DNA of 64,000 nucleotides from an uncultured Gammaproteobacteria bacterium (GTDB lineage Bacteria; Pseudomonadota; Gammaproteobacteria; JAURND01): NCBI GenBank assembly GCA_963714975.1, contig CAVQQD010000003.1, positions 686,412 to 750,411 of the forward strand, read 5' to 3'. Shown piece by piece: positions 55,901 to 64,000 of this stretch (position 1 is its first letter; each line of letters starts with the position of its first letter). The notes under the pieces were generated by a model. It saw only the letters and a program-made list of their open reading frames with translations, ran no database searches and was not told where the DNA came from. The position numbers and the translations under genes were made by a program.

Positions 55901-58881
55901 TATAAACCCACACTTTCTTCAATTCCCGCTATGGGCAGGCCGCGTCCCGATACCGTCGTCCCTACCACCGTCACGGCATCGCGGGTGTATACCTGCAGTA
56001 ATTTGTGCCAGGCCAATTGCAGCAGTACATTGAGAGTAATCCCTTCACTCCGCGCCAAGGTTTTCAAACGATGATACAACGCGCCACCCACACTCAGCTG
56101 CGCCTCACGTCCTTCTCGAACCTCACGCAGCGTGTCTAAATCCGCAGGCTGGGTGAATAATGCATTCAGATCATTCACCTGCTCCATCGCCTTCATCCGC
56201 TCTTGCCAATACGCCTGCACTTCGCTTTGATGGGCGTGGAAATACCGTTGCGCCGCAGCATAGGCCCGATCTTCTACTACACTCAGCACCTTACCGCGCA
56301 ATCCTGCTTCATAGTATTCATGCACTCGCTGAAACAGGATCGGATAACTCCAGCCATCCGTGATGCTGTGATGCATACTCAATAGCAATGTCCCATAATC
56401 TTCGGACTGCATGATCCAATGCAGGCGCAATAACCCAGGTTTTGATAAGTCAAACCTTTCCTGCCAATCTTTCGCACGAATTGATTCAACTGCTTCCTCT
56501 TTATTTTTCTCTGCGCTGATATCATGCTCCGTCCACGGTATTTCTCGGTAATCGGTGATGATTTGCAGAAGCTCTTCTTCCCAATTGAAGCACACTCTCA
56601 ATCCCGGAAAACAACCCAGGACATAACGCCAGGCCGCCTGTAATTGTTGGGTATCCATCGCTTGTGGATAATCTACCAAAAGCTGCAATCGATAGGCCTC
56701 ATCTTCTGGATAGGTTAACGCATGATAAATAAACCCCTGCTGCAAGCTACTTGCGGGATACAGGTCTTCCAAGCGATATCGATCTTGTAATCGATTCAGT
56801 AATTCTTGACGGATTTTTACTGTAGGAAAATCACTGGGCGTATAAACCGATTCACCCGACCTCAGTCGTTGCGCACAATGATCAATGACCTTTTCCAAAT
56901 ACCGGCGGAATACGCCCCCAAATCCCAAACTCACAGGCAGCTGACTATGAATACTAAACTGCAATTGATTTTCTGCTATCAGGCCATTGAGAGTGAGCAC
57001 ATTATTGTCTCGATTTCCCGATCCCCAGTTCGCACCTGAGCTTTCATTGGTTATCACCCACTCGGCCGAGGCAAATTGGCCCAAGTAATTAAAGCTAATT
57101 TCCGGTAATGAATGCGATGACAACGCCGCTGATTCTCCCCACTGCTTTAATGCTCCGTAGCCCAAGCCTTTATGCGGTATCCCACGTAAGCTTTCTTTGA
57201 TCTGCTGAATACTTTGCCCCATCTCTTGTGCCAGCTCTAATCGCACAGGAAACATCGTCGTAAACCAACCCACGGTCCGACTCACATCCACGAGCTCACT
57301 GAATGGTTCTCGACCATGCCCTTCTAAAGTGATATAGCTTAGTGCTGCTCCATGCCACTCCTTAAGTGCGTAACTTAAGGCGGTGAGCAGTAAATCATTG
57401 ATCTGTGTGTGATAGGCTAGGTTCGCTCCCCTCAATAACACTTGTGTGTATTCTCGGCTCAATTTGAACTCTTCCTCGTGTGCTTCTTCAGCAAGATGCG
57501 AGTAACCACGATAAGAGGGCTGATCACGTATAAGCGCTTCCCAATAAGCCTTCTCGTCCTGGTGATGCTTTGCATAGGACTTCACTTCTTCCACCCATTG
57601 CCGGTAACTGCTGCTTTTCTCTCCCAATGATTCTCCATCATATAAGCGCCGCAGATCTTCGGTTAATATTCTCCACGATACCGAGTCCACAATTAAATGA
57701 TGCAGCGCCAGATATATTCGTGCACTGCCGTCCGTATATCCTTCCACATAACCCGCTTGCCACAAGGGCCCCTTGCCTATATGAAAATGGCTTTGCCATT
57801 CCGTAAAAAGCGCTCTTCTTTCCGTCTCACGCCAACCACCCGCATCGCTTTGTCTTAAGGGCGCTATTGTTATATGCTCTTGATAGGTTTGCATCCCTTT
57901 TTCACTAAACCTTAACCTCAATGCATCGTGATGTGTCGCTAAAGCGTTTAACAACGCTGGAAGTTTCAGCACATCCAGAAGCGGCGTTTTGATGAGAAAA
58001 GATTGATTCCAGTGCTCCGGATGATTCCAGCGTTGTTGAAAGAACCACTGCTGCACTGGCAGAAATTCAAAACTACCCGTCAAGGCGCCTTGTTCTGCTG
58101 TGCAAACATGCTCTCCAGTCAGTGGTACGTGAACTACTAACTGGGCAATGCGACGATAGCTAAAGATATCTTTTACCGAAAGGCTTAATCCCAAATGCCG
58201 CAGGCGAGAGGTTAATTGAATACTTAAAATGCTATCCCCGCCTAATCGGAAAAAATCATCTTCTATCCCCACGCGTTGCAGATGCAATACTTGCTGCCAC
58301 ACTTCGACCATTTTCGCTTCTAATTCATTGCGGGGCGCTACATAACTGGCAGCTGCCTTGCATTCTGGTTCTGGTAAGGCGCGACGGTCTAGTTTGCCAC
58401 TACTGGTCAAGGGCAAAGACTCTAGATGCACGAATACACTGGGGATCATGTAATCTGGTAATTTCGTGGCTAAGTGCTCTAGTAAACGATCATCGCTGAT
58501 CGGTTTTTCTGCTACGTAATAGGCCACTAACGATTTCGTTCCTTCTCTTTCGTGAACCATGATTACACTGTGCTTGATCGTGGGATAATTGCGTAAATTA
58601 TTTTCAATCTCTCCTAACTCAATCCTAAACCCACGAATCTTAACTTGAAAATCATTGCGGCCGATATATTCTAAGTTCCCATCTGGAAACCAACGCACTA
58701 AGTCCCCGGTTTTGTATAGGCGGTCGTAACCTCTCGCTTGATCTTCTGGAGTGGCAAAGGGATTGGCAATAAATCGTTCGGCCGTTAATTCCGGCCGATT
58801 TAAATAACCCCGAGCGACCTGTACTCCACCGATATAAAGCTCACCTATCACGCCCACTGGATGCCGGTTGTCGAGCTGCAT
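52912..58881 (-). CDS. NRPS fragment 3: A2 C-terminal part - T2 - E - C3 - A3 - T3 - TE
   Basis: Motifs in order: YKTGDLVRW, GRNDFQVKIRGFRIELGEIE, LTSSGKLDRRAL, FFRLGGDSI (T), HHLIVDSVSWRIL (E), MHHSITDGWS (C), LKSGAAYVPLD / YTSGTTGHPKG / NLYGPTETT (A3), FFKMGGNSI (T), GWSLGGHIA (TE). Confidence 0.85.
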   Translation of the reverse strand: MQLDNRHPVGVIGELYIGGVQVARGYLNRPELTAERFIANPFATPEDQARGYDRLYKTGDLVRWFPDGNLEYIGRNDFQVKIRGFRIELGEIENNLRNYPTIKHSVIMVHEREGTKSLVAYYVAEKPISDDRLLEHLATKLPDYMIPSVFVHLESLPLTSSGKLDRRALPEPECKAAASYVAPRNELEAKMVEVWQQVLHLQRVGIEDDFFRLGGDSILSIQLTSRLRHLGLSLSVKDIFSYRRIAQLVVHVPLTGEHVCTAEQGALTGSFEFLPVQQWFFQQRWNHPEHWNQSFLIKTPLLDVLKLPALLNALATHHDALRLRFSEKGMQTYQEHITIAPLRQSDAGGWRETERRALFTEWQSHFHIGKGPLWQAGYVEGYTDGSARIYLALHHLIVDSVSWRILTEDLRRLYDGESLGEKSSSYRQWVEEVKSYAKHHQDEKAYWEALIRDQPSYRGYSHLAEEAHEEEFKLSREYTQVLLRGANLAYHTQINDLLLTALSYALKEWHGAALSYITLEGHGREPFSELVDVSRTVGWFTTMFPVRLELAQEMGQSIQQIKESLRGIPHKGLGYGALKQWGESAALSSHSLPEISFNYLGQFASAEWVITNESSGANWGSGNRDNNVLTLNGLIAENQLQFSIHSQLPVSLGFGGVFRRYLEKVIDHCAQRLRSGESVYTPSDFPTVKIRQELLNRLQDRYRLEDLYPASSLQQGFIYHALTYPEDEAYRLQLLVDYPQAMDTQQLQAAWRYVLGCFPGLRVCFNWEEELLQIITDYREIPWTEHDISAEKNKEEAVESIRAKDWQERFDLSKPGLLRLHWIMQSEDYGTLLLSMHHSITDGWSYPILFQRVHEYYEAGLRGKVLSVVEDRAYAAAQRYFHAHQSEVQAYWQERMKAMEQVNDLNALFTQPADLDTLREVREGREAQLSVGGALYHRLKTLARSEGITLNVLLQLAWHKLLQVYTRDAVTVVGTTVSGRGLPIAGIEESVGLYINTLPLIIDWQERTVQAQLGLIHQYTTELNNHSYINLAHLQTAGQRLFHSLFIFANYPVGEAKAGSLKFKFRNAMEKLDYPLCIVAYETAKGLQVNLKYAGEYLSDAKAGRLLSQMERILRGIPDQLHQSHSQLSLLDPEEYEQTIYRWNETDRDYPQDQTILELFAEQVKKVPGNTAVVYEEKSLSYQELDEKSNQLARYIRRVYFDQTQENLTPDTLIGLCVERSLEMVIGIWGILKSGAAYVPLDTNSPPERLHYILGDIQTKVILTQSRLVEAGMTGETHQLILLDQENYLEEDKQGLEINYPPESLVYVIYTSGTTGHPKGVMIQHGALVNRLVGMQRKYHINSQDKILQKTSYCFEPSVRELLLPLICGGQSVLMTPGAHRIPAEVYTALYQYDITRVYFVPSMLQAYLDWIVMNGANLNPSPALLTVFSGGEALALKVYTQFNHLYPHVAFQNLYGPTETTLNATQFACHPGIKAVYMGRPVDNTKVYILDAARQPMPVGVIGELYIGGVQVARGYLNRPELTAERFVANPFATPEDQAKGYDRLYKTGDLVRWLPDGNLEYIGRNDFQVKIRGYRIELGEIESDLRDYPTIKRSVVTVHEREGTKSLVAYYVAEKPISEDRLIKHLVTKLPDYMIPNAFVYLESLPLTSSGKLDRRALPAPEFKAATNYVAPRDALETKLVSIWERVLHIDKIGITDDFFKMGGNSILAIKTLVIMEKEIVTIKPSIFFTFRSIKSLAGFLKKENNYQPIVSLNNNKGQKNNLFMIHPARTDTEVYLDLANKLETQYYCLGIENYNLSHENKIDNLEKLAKLYLQHIESFQRKVHYYFLGWSLGGHIALEVAYLLEQKGIKNIMVCLLDTILPDSYIKLKRKEFDSKQRTKDNYIQAGFDPSYIERVMLAFYEEINILNSQLTGHLNDTQVILFKAMQVGPRPQMDDELSRHMLSLKDNNLSAYCKKLKIINLPCSHYNIMSFAEQIANYLLSPQIQ
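55750..56890. repeat. ~1.1-kb near-identical direct repeat, copy a (C3 domain)
   Basis: Matches 60235-61375 at a constant offset of 4484 nt with only scattered mismatches (compared by eye). Confidence 0.85.
58100..58860. repeat. ~0.76-kb near-identical direct repeat, copy a (A2 C-terminus and T2)
   Basis: Matches 61370-62130 at a constant offset of 3269 nt. Lower-identity similarity continues through the rest of the A domains. Confidence 0.85.
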
Positions 58882-59155
58882 CTAATACATAAACTTTTGT
58901 ATTATCAACAGGGCGGCCCATATAAATTGCTTTTATCCCGGGATGACAGGTAAATTGAGTCACGTCAATGGTTGTTTCAGTAGGACCGTATAAATTTTGA
59001 AATGCCACATGAGGGTAGAGACGGTGAAATTGCGAATAAATTTGAAGCGCTAAGGCTTCTCCACCACAAAATACAGTGAGTAATTCAGAGGGTAGATTTG
59101 AATTGGTCCTATCCGTAATTATCCAATCTAGATAAGCCTGTAGCATTGACGGCAC
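58841..59155 (-). pseudogene. NRPS fragment 2: middle of the A2 domain stranded in a second reading frame
   Basis: 104-aa ORF FVPSMLQAYLDW...NLYGPTETT...GRPVDNTKVYVLD, colinear with the A1 and A3 domains and bounded by single-base insertions near 59211 and 58861. Confidence 0.8.
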
Positions 59156-59180
59156 AAATTGGACGCGAGTAATCTCATAT

Positions 59181-62100
59181 TCATGGATGGTGGTATAGAT
59201 TTCCGCAGGGTATACGATGCGCTCCCGGCGCCATCAATACCGATTGCGCACCGCAAATCAGCGGTAACAATAATTCCCAGACCGAAACATCAAAATAGTA
59301 AGGAGTCATTTGTAAGACTTTATCTTGTGGGTTAAATTGATAATCTCGTTGCATCCCCACCAATCGGTTCACTAATGCGCCATGCTGAATCATTACTCCT
59401 TTCGGATGACCCGTAGTTCCTGAAGTATAAATCACATACACTAAACTCTCAGGTGGGTAGTTAATTTCTAGCCTCTGCTTGTCTTCTTCCAGGTAGTTTT
59501 CTTGGTCTAACAAAATCAATTGATGCGCCTCACCTGTTATCCCGGTTTCGACGGTCGAGGCCAGCCGGCTTTGCGTCAGAATCAGCTTGGTTTGAGTGTC
59601 ACTTAGGATATAACGTAGGCGTTCGGGCGGGGAGTTTGTATCCAGCGGTACATAAGCCGCTCCTGATTTGAGAATCCCCCATATTCCTATCACCATCTCC
59701 AAACTGCGTTCCACACAAATCCCAATTAAAGTATCCGGAGTTAAATTTTCTTGCGTTTGATCGAAGTACATGCGGCGAATATATCGCGCTAGTTGATTTG
59801 ATTTTTCATTTAATTCTCGGTAAGTCAGTGACTCTCCTTCATAAACTACGGCCGTATTCTCAGAAGCCTTTTCTACCTGCTCTGCAAATAACTCCAAGAT
59901 AGTTCGATCTTGAGGATAGTCACGGTCCGTCTCGTTCCAACGATACACCGTCTGCTCATATTCCGCTTGATCCAATAAACTTAATTGACTATGCGATTGA
60001 TATAGACGATCCGGAATTCCACTCAGAATCTTCTCCATCTGCTTTAATAATCTCGTTGCTTGGGCATCACTGAGATATTCCCCCGCATACTTTAAATTTA
60101 TTTGTAAATTATCCTTAGCTTCATGGGCCGCAATACATAAGGGATAATCTAGTTTCTCTATTGCATTCCTTAATTTAAATTTCAAACCAGCTGCTTTGGC
60201 CTTGCCTATTGGGTAATTTTCAAAAACAAATAAACTGTGAAATAAACGCTGACCTGCGGTTTGTAAATGCGCTAAATTGATATAACTGTGATGGTTTAAT
60301 TCCGTGGTATATTGATGGATAAGACCCAATTGTGCTTGGACTGTTCTCTCCTGCCAATCAATAATCAAGGGCAGGGTATTGATATATAAACCCACACTTT
60401 CTTCAATTCCCGCTATGGGCAGGCCGCGTCCCGATACCGTCGTCCCTACCACCGTCACGGCATCGCGGGTGTATACCTGCAGTAATTTGTGCCAGGCCAA
60501 TTGCAGCAGTACATTGAGAGTAATCCCTTCACTCCGCGCCAAGGTTTTCAAACGATGATACAACGCGCCACCCACACTCAGCTGCGCCTCACGTCCTTCT
60601 CGAACCTCACGCAGCGTGTCTAAATCCGCAGGCTGGGTGAATAATGCATTCAGATCATTCACCTGCTCCATCGCCTTCATCCGCTCTTGCCAATACGCCT
60701 GCACTTCGCTTTGATGGGCGTGGAAATACCGTTGCGCTGCGCCATAGGCCCGATCTTCTACTACACTCAGCGCCTTACCGCGCAATCCTGCTTCATAGTA
60801 TTCATGCACTCGCTGAAACAGGATCGGATAACTCCAGCCATCCGTGATGCTGTGATGCATACTCAATAGCAATGTCCCATAATCTTCGGACTGCATGATC
60901 CAATGCAGGCGCAATAACCCAGGTTTTGATAAGTCAAACCTTTCCTGCCAATCTTTCGCACGAATTGATTCAACTGCTTCCTCTTTATTTTTCTCTGCGC
61001 TGATATCATGCTCCGTCCACGGTATTTCTCGGTAATCGGTGATGATTTGCAGAAGCTCTTCTTCCCAATTGAAGCACACTCTCAATCCCGGAAAACAACC
61101 CAGGACATAACGCCAGGCCGCCTGTAATTGTTGGGTATCCATCGCTTGTGGATAATCTACCAAAAGCTGCAATCGATAGGCCTCATCTTCTGGATAGGTT
61201 AACGCATGATAAATAAACCCCTGCTGCAAGCTACTTGCGGGATACAGGTCTTCCAAGCGATATCGATCTTGTAATCGATTCAGTAATTCTTGACGGATTT
61301 TTACTGTAGGAAAATCACTGGGCGTATAAACTGATTCACCCGACCTCAGTCGTGGCGCAGAATAATCAATGACCTCTTGTTCTGCAGTCAGGGGTATGTG
61401 AACTACTAGCTGGGCAATGCAACGATAGCTAAAGATATCTTTTACCGAAAGGCTTAATCCCAAATGCCGCAGGCGAGAGGTTAATTGAATACTTAAAATG
61501 CTATCCCCGCCTAATCGGAAAAAATCATCTTCTATCCCCACGCGTTGCAGATGCAATACTTGCTGCCACACTTCGACCATTTTCGCTTCTAATTCATTGC
61601 GGGGCGCTACATAACTGGCAGCTGCCTTGCATTCTGGTTCTGGTAAAGCGCGACGGTCTAGTTTGCCACTACTGGTCAAGGGCAAAGACTCTAGATGCAC
61701 GAATACACTGGGGATCATGTAATCTGGTAATTTCGTGGCTAAGTGCTCTAGTAAACGATCATCGCTGATCGGTTTTTCTGCTACGTAATAGGCCACTAAC
61801 GATTTCGTTCCTTCTCTTTCGTGAACCATGATTACACTGTGCTTGATCGTGGGATAATCGTTTAAATTATTTTCAATCTCTCCTAACTCAATCCTAAACC
61901 CACGAATCTTAACTTGAAAATCATTGCGGCCGATATATTCTAAGTTCCCATCTGGAAACCAACGCACTAAGTCCCCGGTTTTGTATAGGCGGTCGTAACC
62001 TCTCGCTTGATCTTCTGGAGTGGCAAAGGGATTGGCAATAAATCGTTCGGCCGTTAATTCCGGCCGATTTAAATAACCCCGAGCGACCTGTACTCCACCG

Positions 62101-63956
62101 ATATAAAGCTCACCTATCACGCCCACCGGTGCCGGTTGTCGAGCTGCATCTAATACATAAACTTTTGTATTATCAACAGGGCGGCCTATATAAATTGCTT
62201 TTATCCCGGGATGACAGGCAAATTCAGTCACATCAATGGTTGTTTCAGTAGGACCGTATAAATTTTGAAATCCCACATCAGGGTAGAGGCGTTTAAATTG
62301 CGAATAAACTTTGAGCGCTAAGGCTTCTCCACTAGAAAATACGGTGAGTAATGTAGAGGGCAGATTTGAATTAGTCCCATCCGTTACCATCCAATCTAGA
62401 TAAGCCTCTAGCATTGACGGCACAAAGTGGAGGCGAGTAATCTCGTATTTGTGGATGGTGGTACAGATTTCCGCAGGGATACGATGTGCTTCCGGTGCCA
62501 TCAATACCGATTGCGCACCGCAAATCAGAGGTAACAATAATTCCAAGACCGAAACATCAAAATAGTAAGGAGTATTTTGTAAGATTTTATCTTGTGGGTT
62601 AAATTGATAATCTCGTTGCATCCCCACCAATCGGTTCACTAAGGCGTCATGCTGAATCATCACGCCTTTCGGATGACCCGTAGTTCCTGAAGTATAAATC
62701 ACATATATCAAACTTTCAGGTGGGTAGTTAATTTCTAGCCTCTGCTTGTCTTCTTCCAGGTAGTTTTCTTGGTCTAACAAAATCAATTGATGCGCCTCGA
62801 CGGTCGAGGCGATTTTTTTCGCCAACCAGCTCTGCGTTAGAATCAGTTTAGCTTGAATATCACTTAGGATATAGTGCAGCCGTTCGGGCGGAGAGTCTGT
62901 ATCTAGTGGTACATAAGCTGCTCCTGCTTTAAGAATCCCCCATATTCCTATCACCATCTCCAAACTGCGTTCCACGCAAATCCCAATTAAAGTATCTGGA
63001 GTTAAATTTTCTTGCGTTTGATCGAAGTAAATGCGGCGAATATATCGCGCTAATTGATTCGATTGTTCATCCAATTCTCGATAGCTTAGTGATTCTCTTT
63101 CATACACTACCGCTGTTTTCTCGAAAGATTTTTTCACCTGCTCTGCAAATAACCCTAGGATTGTTTGATTTTGAGGATAATCTCGAGCTATCTTGTTCCA
63201 ATCAAATAAAATTTTATTGCGTTCATTGCTAGATAATAGTGATATTTCAGTAATACGCTTTTTTGGATTATTAAGTACTTCTTGTAAAAATATGTGAAAA
63301 TTATTCGTGAAAGTTCGCATGAACCATTCTGGAAAAGATTGCTTAGCAAACAAATACTTAAGCATAATTTTATTATCGACCACATCATAAAGGAGTGAAA
63401 ATTCATTTCGTGCATGTTTTAAATGAATAAATATAGGCTCAATGTCCAAATTAATAAAAGATAATTTAACAGTAAGGCAAGTAACTCCAAAAAAAATATT
63501 ACAGATACCATTGCCTTTATCAGTATGTATGTCTCTTAATTGTTGTGCCAAATAAATAATAGGAAGTTTAGTTTTTTCTCTTGTAAATTTGAGTTCTTGG
63601 GATATTTGATTAATAACTTCTTCCATGGTCGAATTGGGGTTGAATTGCGTTCTACTACAAATTGAATTCACTAAATACCCAAAAAAATTTCCAAGAAAGA
63701 TTTGCGATTTATTTTTCCTAATATCAACAGAATAGTTAATTGAAATATCTTCTTGTCCTGTGTATCGATATAAAAAAGTTTTAAAACAGGTAAATAATAC
63801 GGAAAATAGTGTACTTTTATGGTTTTTTGCTAATTGTTGTAGTCCAGCGGTTATTTCTTCAGATAATTCAAAATAAAAATCATCAGATATGGGGGCCTCG
63901 AACCGTCGTCCCTCCCACGACTTGTTCGCGGGAATAGATGCGGGGATCCAATTCAT
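59181..63956 (-). CDS. NRPS fragment 1: half C domain - A1 - T1 - C2 - A2 N-terminal part
   Basis: 1591 aa. The AT-rich N-terminal ~255 aa look like only the C-terminal subdomain of a condensation domain. They are followed by a full A domain, FFRLGGDSI (T), MHHSITDGWS (C), then A2 up to YTSGTTGHPKG...APGAHRIP, where the frame breaks. Confidence 0.85.
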   Translation of the reverse strand: MNWIPASIPANKSWEGRRFEAPISDDFYFELSEEITAGLQQLAKNHKSTLFSVLFTCFKTFLYRYTGQEDISINYSVDIRKNKSQIFLGNFFGYLVNSICSRTQFNPNSTMEEVINQISQELKFTREKTKLPIIYLAQQLRDIHTDKGNGICNIFFGVTCLTVKLSFINLDIEPIFIHLKHARNEFSLLYDVVDNKIMLKYLFAKQSFPEWFMRTFTNNFHIFLQEVLNNPKKRITEISLLSSNERNKILFDWNKIARDYPQNQTILGLFAEQVKKSFEKTAVVYERESLSYRELDEQSNQLARYIRRIYFDQTQENLTPDTLIGICVERSLEMVIGIWGILKAGAAYVPLDTDSPPERLHYILSDIQAKLILTQSWLAKKIASTVEAHQLILLDQENYLEEDKQRLEINYPPESLIYVIYTSGTTGHPKGVMIQHDALVNRLVGMQRDYQFNPQDKILQNTPYYFDVSVLELLLPLICGAQSVLMAPEAHRIPAEICTTIHKYEITRLHFVPSMLEAYLDWMVTDGTNSNLPSTLLTVFSSGEALALKVYSQFKRLYPDVGFQNLYGPTETTIDVTEFACHPGIKAIYIGRPVDNTKVYVLDAARQPAPVGVIGELYIGGVQVARGYLNRPELTAERFIANPFATPEDQARGYDRLYKTGDLVRWFPDGNLEYIGRNDFQVKIRGFRIELGEIENNLNDYPTIKHSVIMVHEREGTKSLVAYYVAEKPISDDRLLEHLATKLPDYMIPSVFVHLESLPLTSSGKLDRRALPEPECKAAASYVAPRNELEAKMVEVWQQVLHLQRVGIEDDFFRLGGDSILSIQLTSRLRHLGLSLSVKDIFSYRCIAQLVVHIPLTAEQEVIDYSAPRLRSGESVYTPSDFPTVKIRQELLNRLQDRYRLEDLYPASSLQQGFIYHALTYPEDEAYRLQLLVDYPQAMDTQQLQAAWRYVLGCFPGLRVCFNWEEELLQIITDYREIPWTEHDISAEKNKEEAVESIRAKDWQERFDLSKPGLLRLHWIMQSEDYGTLLLSMHHSITDGWSYPILFQRVHEYYEAGLRGKALSVVEDRAYGAAQRYFHAHQSEVQAYWQERMKAMEQVNDLNALFTQPADLDTLREVREGREAQLSVGGALYHRLKTLARSEGITLNVLLQLAWHKLLQVYTRDAVTVVGTTVSGRGLPIAGIEESVGLYINTLPLIIDWQERTVQAQLGLIHQYTTELNHHSYINLAHLQTAGQRLFHSLFVFENYPIGKAKAAGLKFKLRNAIEKLDYPLCIAAHEAKDNLQINLKYAGEYLSDAQATRLLKQMEKILSGIPDRLYQSHSQLSLLDQAEYEQTVYRWNETDRDYPQDRTILELFAEQVEKASENTAVVYEGESLTYRELNEKSNQLARYIRRMYFDQTQENLTPDTLIGICVERSLEMVIGIWGILKSGAAYVPLDTNSPPERLRYILSDTQTKLILTQSRLASTVETGITGEAHQLILLDQENYLEEDKQRLEINYPPESLVYVIYTSGTTGHPKGVMIQHGALVNRLVGMQRDYQFNPQDKVLQMTPYYFDVSVWELLLPLICGAQSVLMAPGAHRIPCGNLYHHP
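60235..61375. repeat. ~1.1-kb near-identical direct repeat, copy b (C2 domain)
   Basis: Partner of 55750-56890. Confidence 0.85.
61370..62130. repeat. ~0.76-kb near-identical direct repeat, copy b (A1 C-terminus and T1)
   Basis: Partner of 58100-58860. Confidence 0.85.
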
Positions 63957-64000
63957 AGGGGCGTGAAAATTTCGCTTCCTGCGTCATGAATCCTGGCATC

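Noticed and set aside
56160-56385. Plus-strand 60-67-aa ORFs, duplicated at 60644-60869
   Set aside because: They are antisense to the NRPS C domains and are duplicated only because the underlying DNA is a repeat. His/Pro/Ala/Ser-rich antisense artefacts.
1-64000. CRISPR arrays, rRNA genes, prophage or integron structures
   Set aside because: None seen. The repeated sequences are isolated palindromes or intragenic NRPS repeats, not regularly spaced direct repeats with spacers.

Overview
The gene content suggests a Legionellales-like gammaproteobacterium (inference only). That content is housekeeping genes, AT-rich eukaryote-like or effector-like ORFs, and many GC-rich palindromic repeats.

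Conserved backbone: argF(partial)-argG, argH-etfB-etfA, an MFS pump, an ABC-F ATPase, apbC-dcd, ihfB-purN-purM, DUF2066-hda, rfbF, rseP-msrB, a Sel1/SPOR protein, tRNA-Leu/Glu/Ala, an acyl-CoA thioesterase, galU and prpD.

Accessory material:
1. Two large low-complexity or membrane ORFs at 9.4-15.8 kb.
2. An AT-rich methyltransferase island (17.9-20.9 kb), followed by an orphan receiver domain and a decayed IS701-like transposase.
3. A cellulose-synthase-like GT2 gene transcribed divergently from a 2218-aa protein with leucine-rich repeats (LRR) and two AAA_5 modules. Three small two-TM genes follow it. They carry poly-T tracts, and two end in CaaX-like motifs.
4. The most interesting locus (45.9-64 kb). 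It holds two tandem 58-aa double-glycine-leader peptides with a conserved leader and unrelated 11-aa cores. These converge on a four-gene operon: cNMP-binding protein, HlyD, C39-peptidase ABC transporter and a second ABC transporter. A possible decayed third precursor lies nearby. An ~11-kb NRPS follows, with near-identical internal module repeats, an E-domain indel and two frameshifts in one A domain.

Two families of palindromic repeats are scattered through the window. One copy sits in frame inside the giant ORF. No CRISPR array or rRNA gene was seen.

All calls were made by eye from the sequence and the ORF translations. No searches were run.
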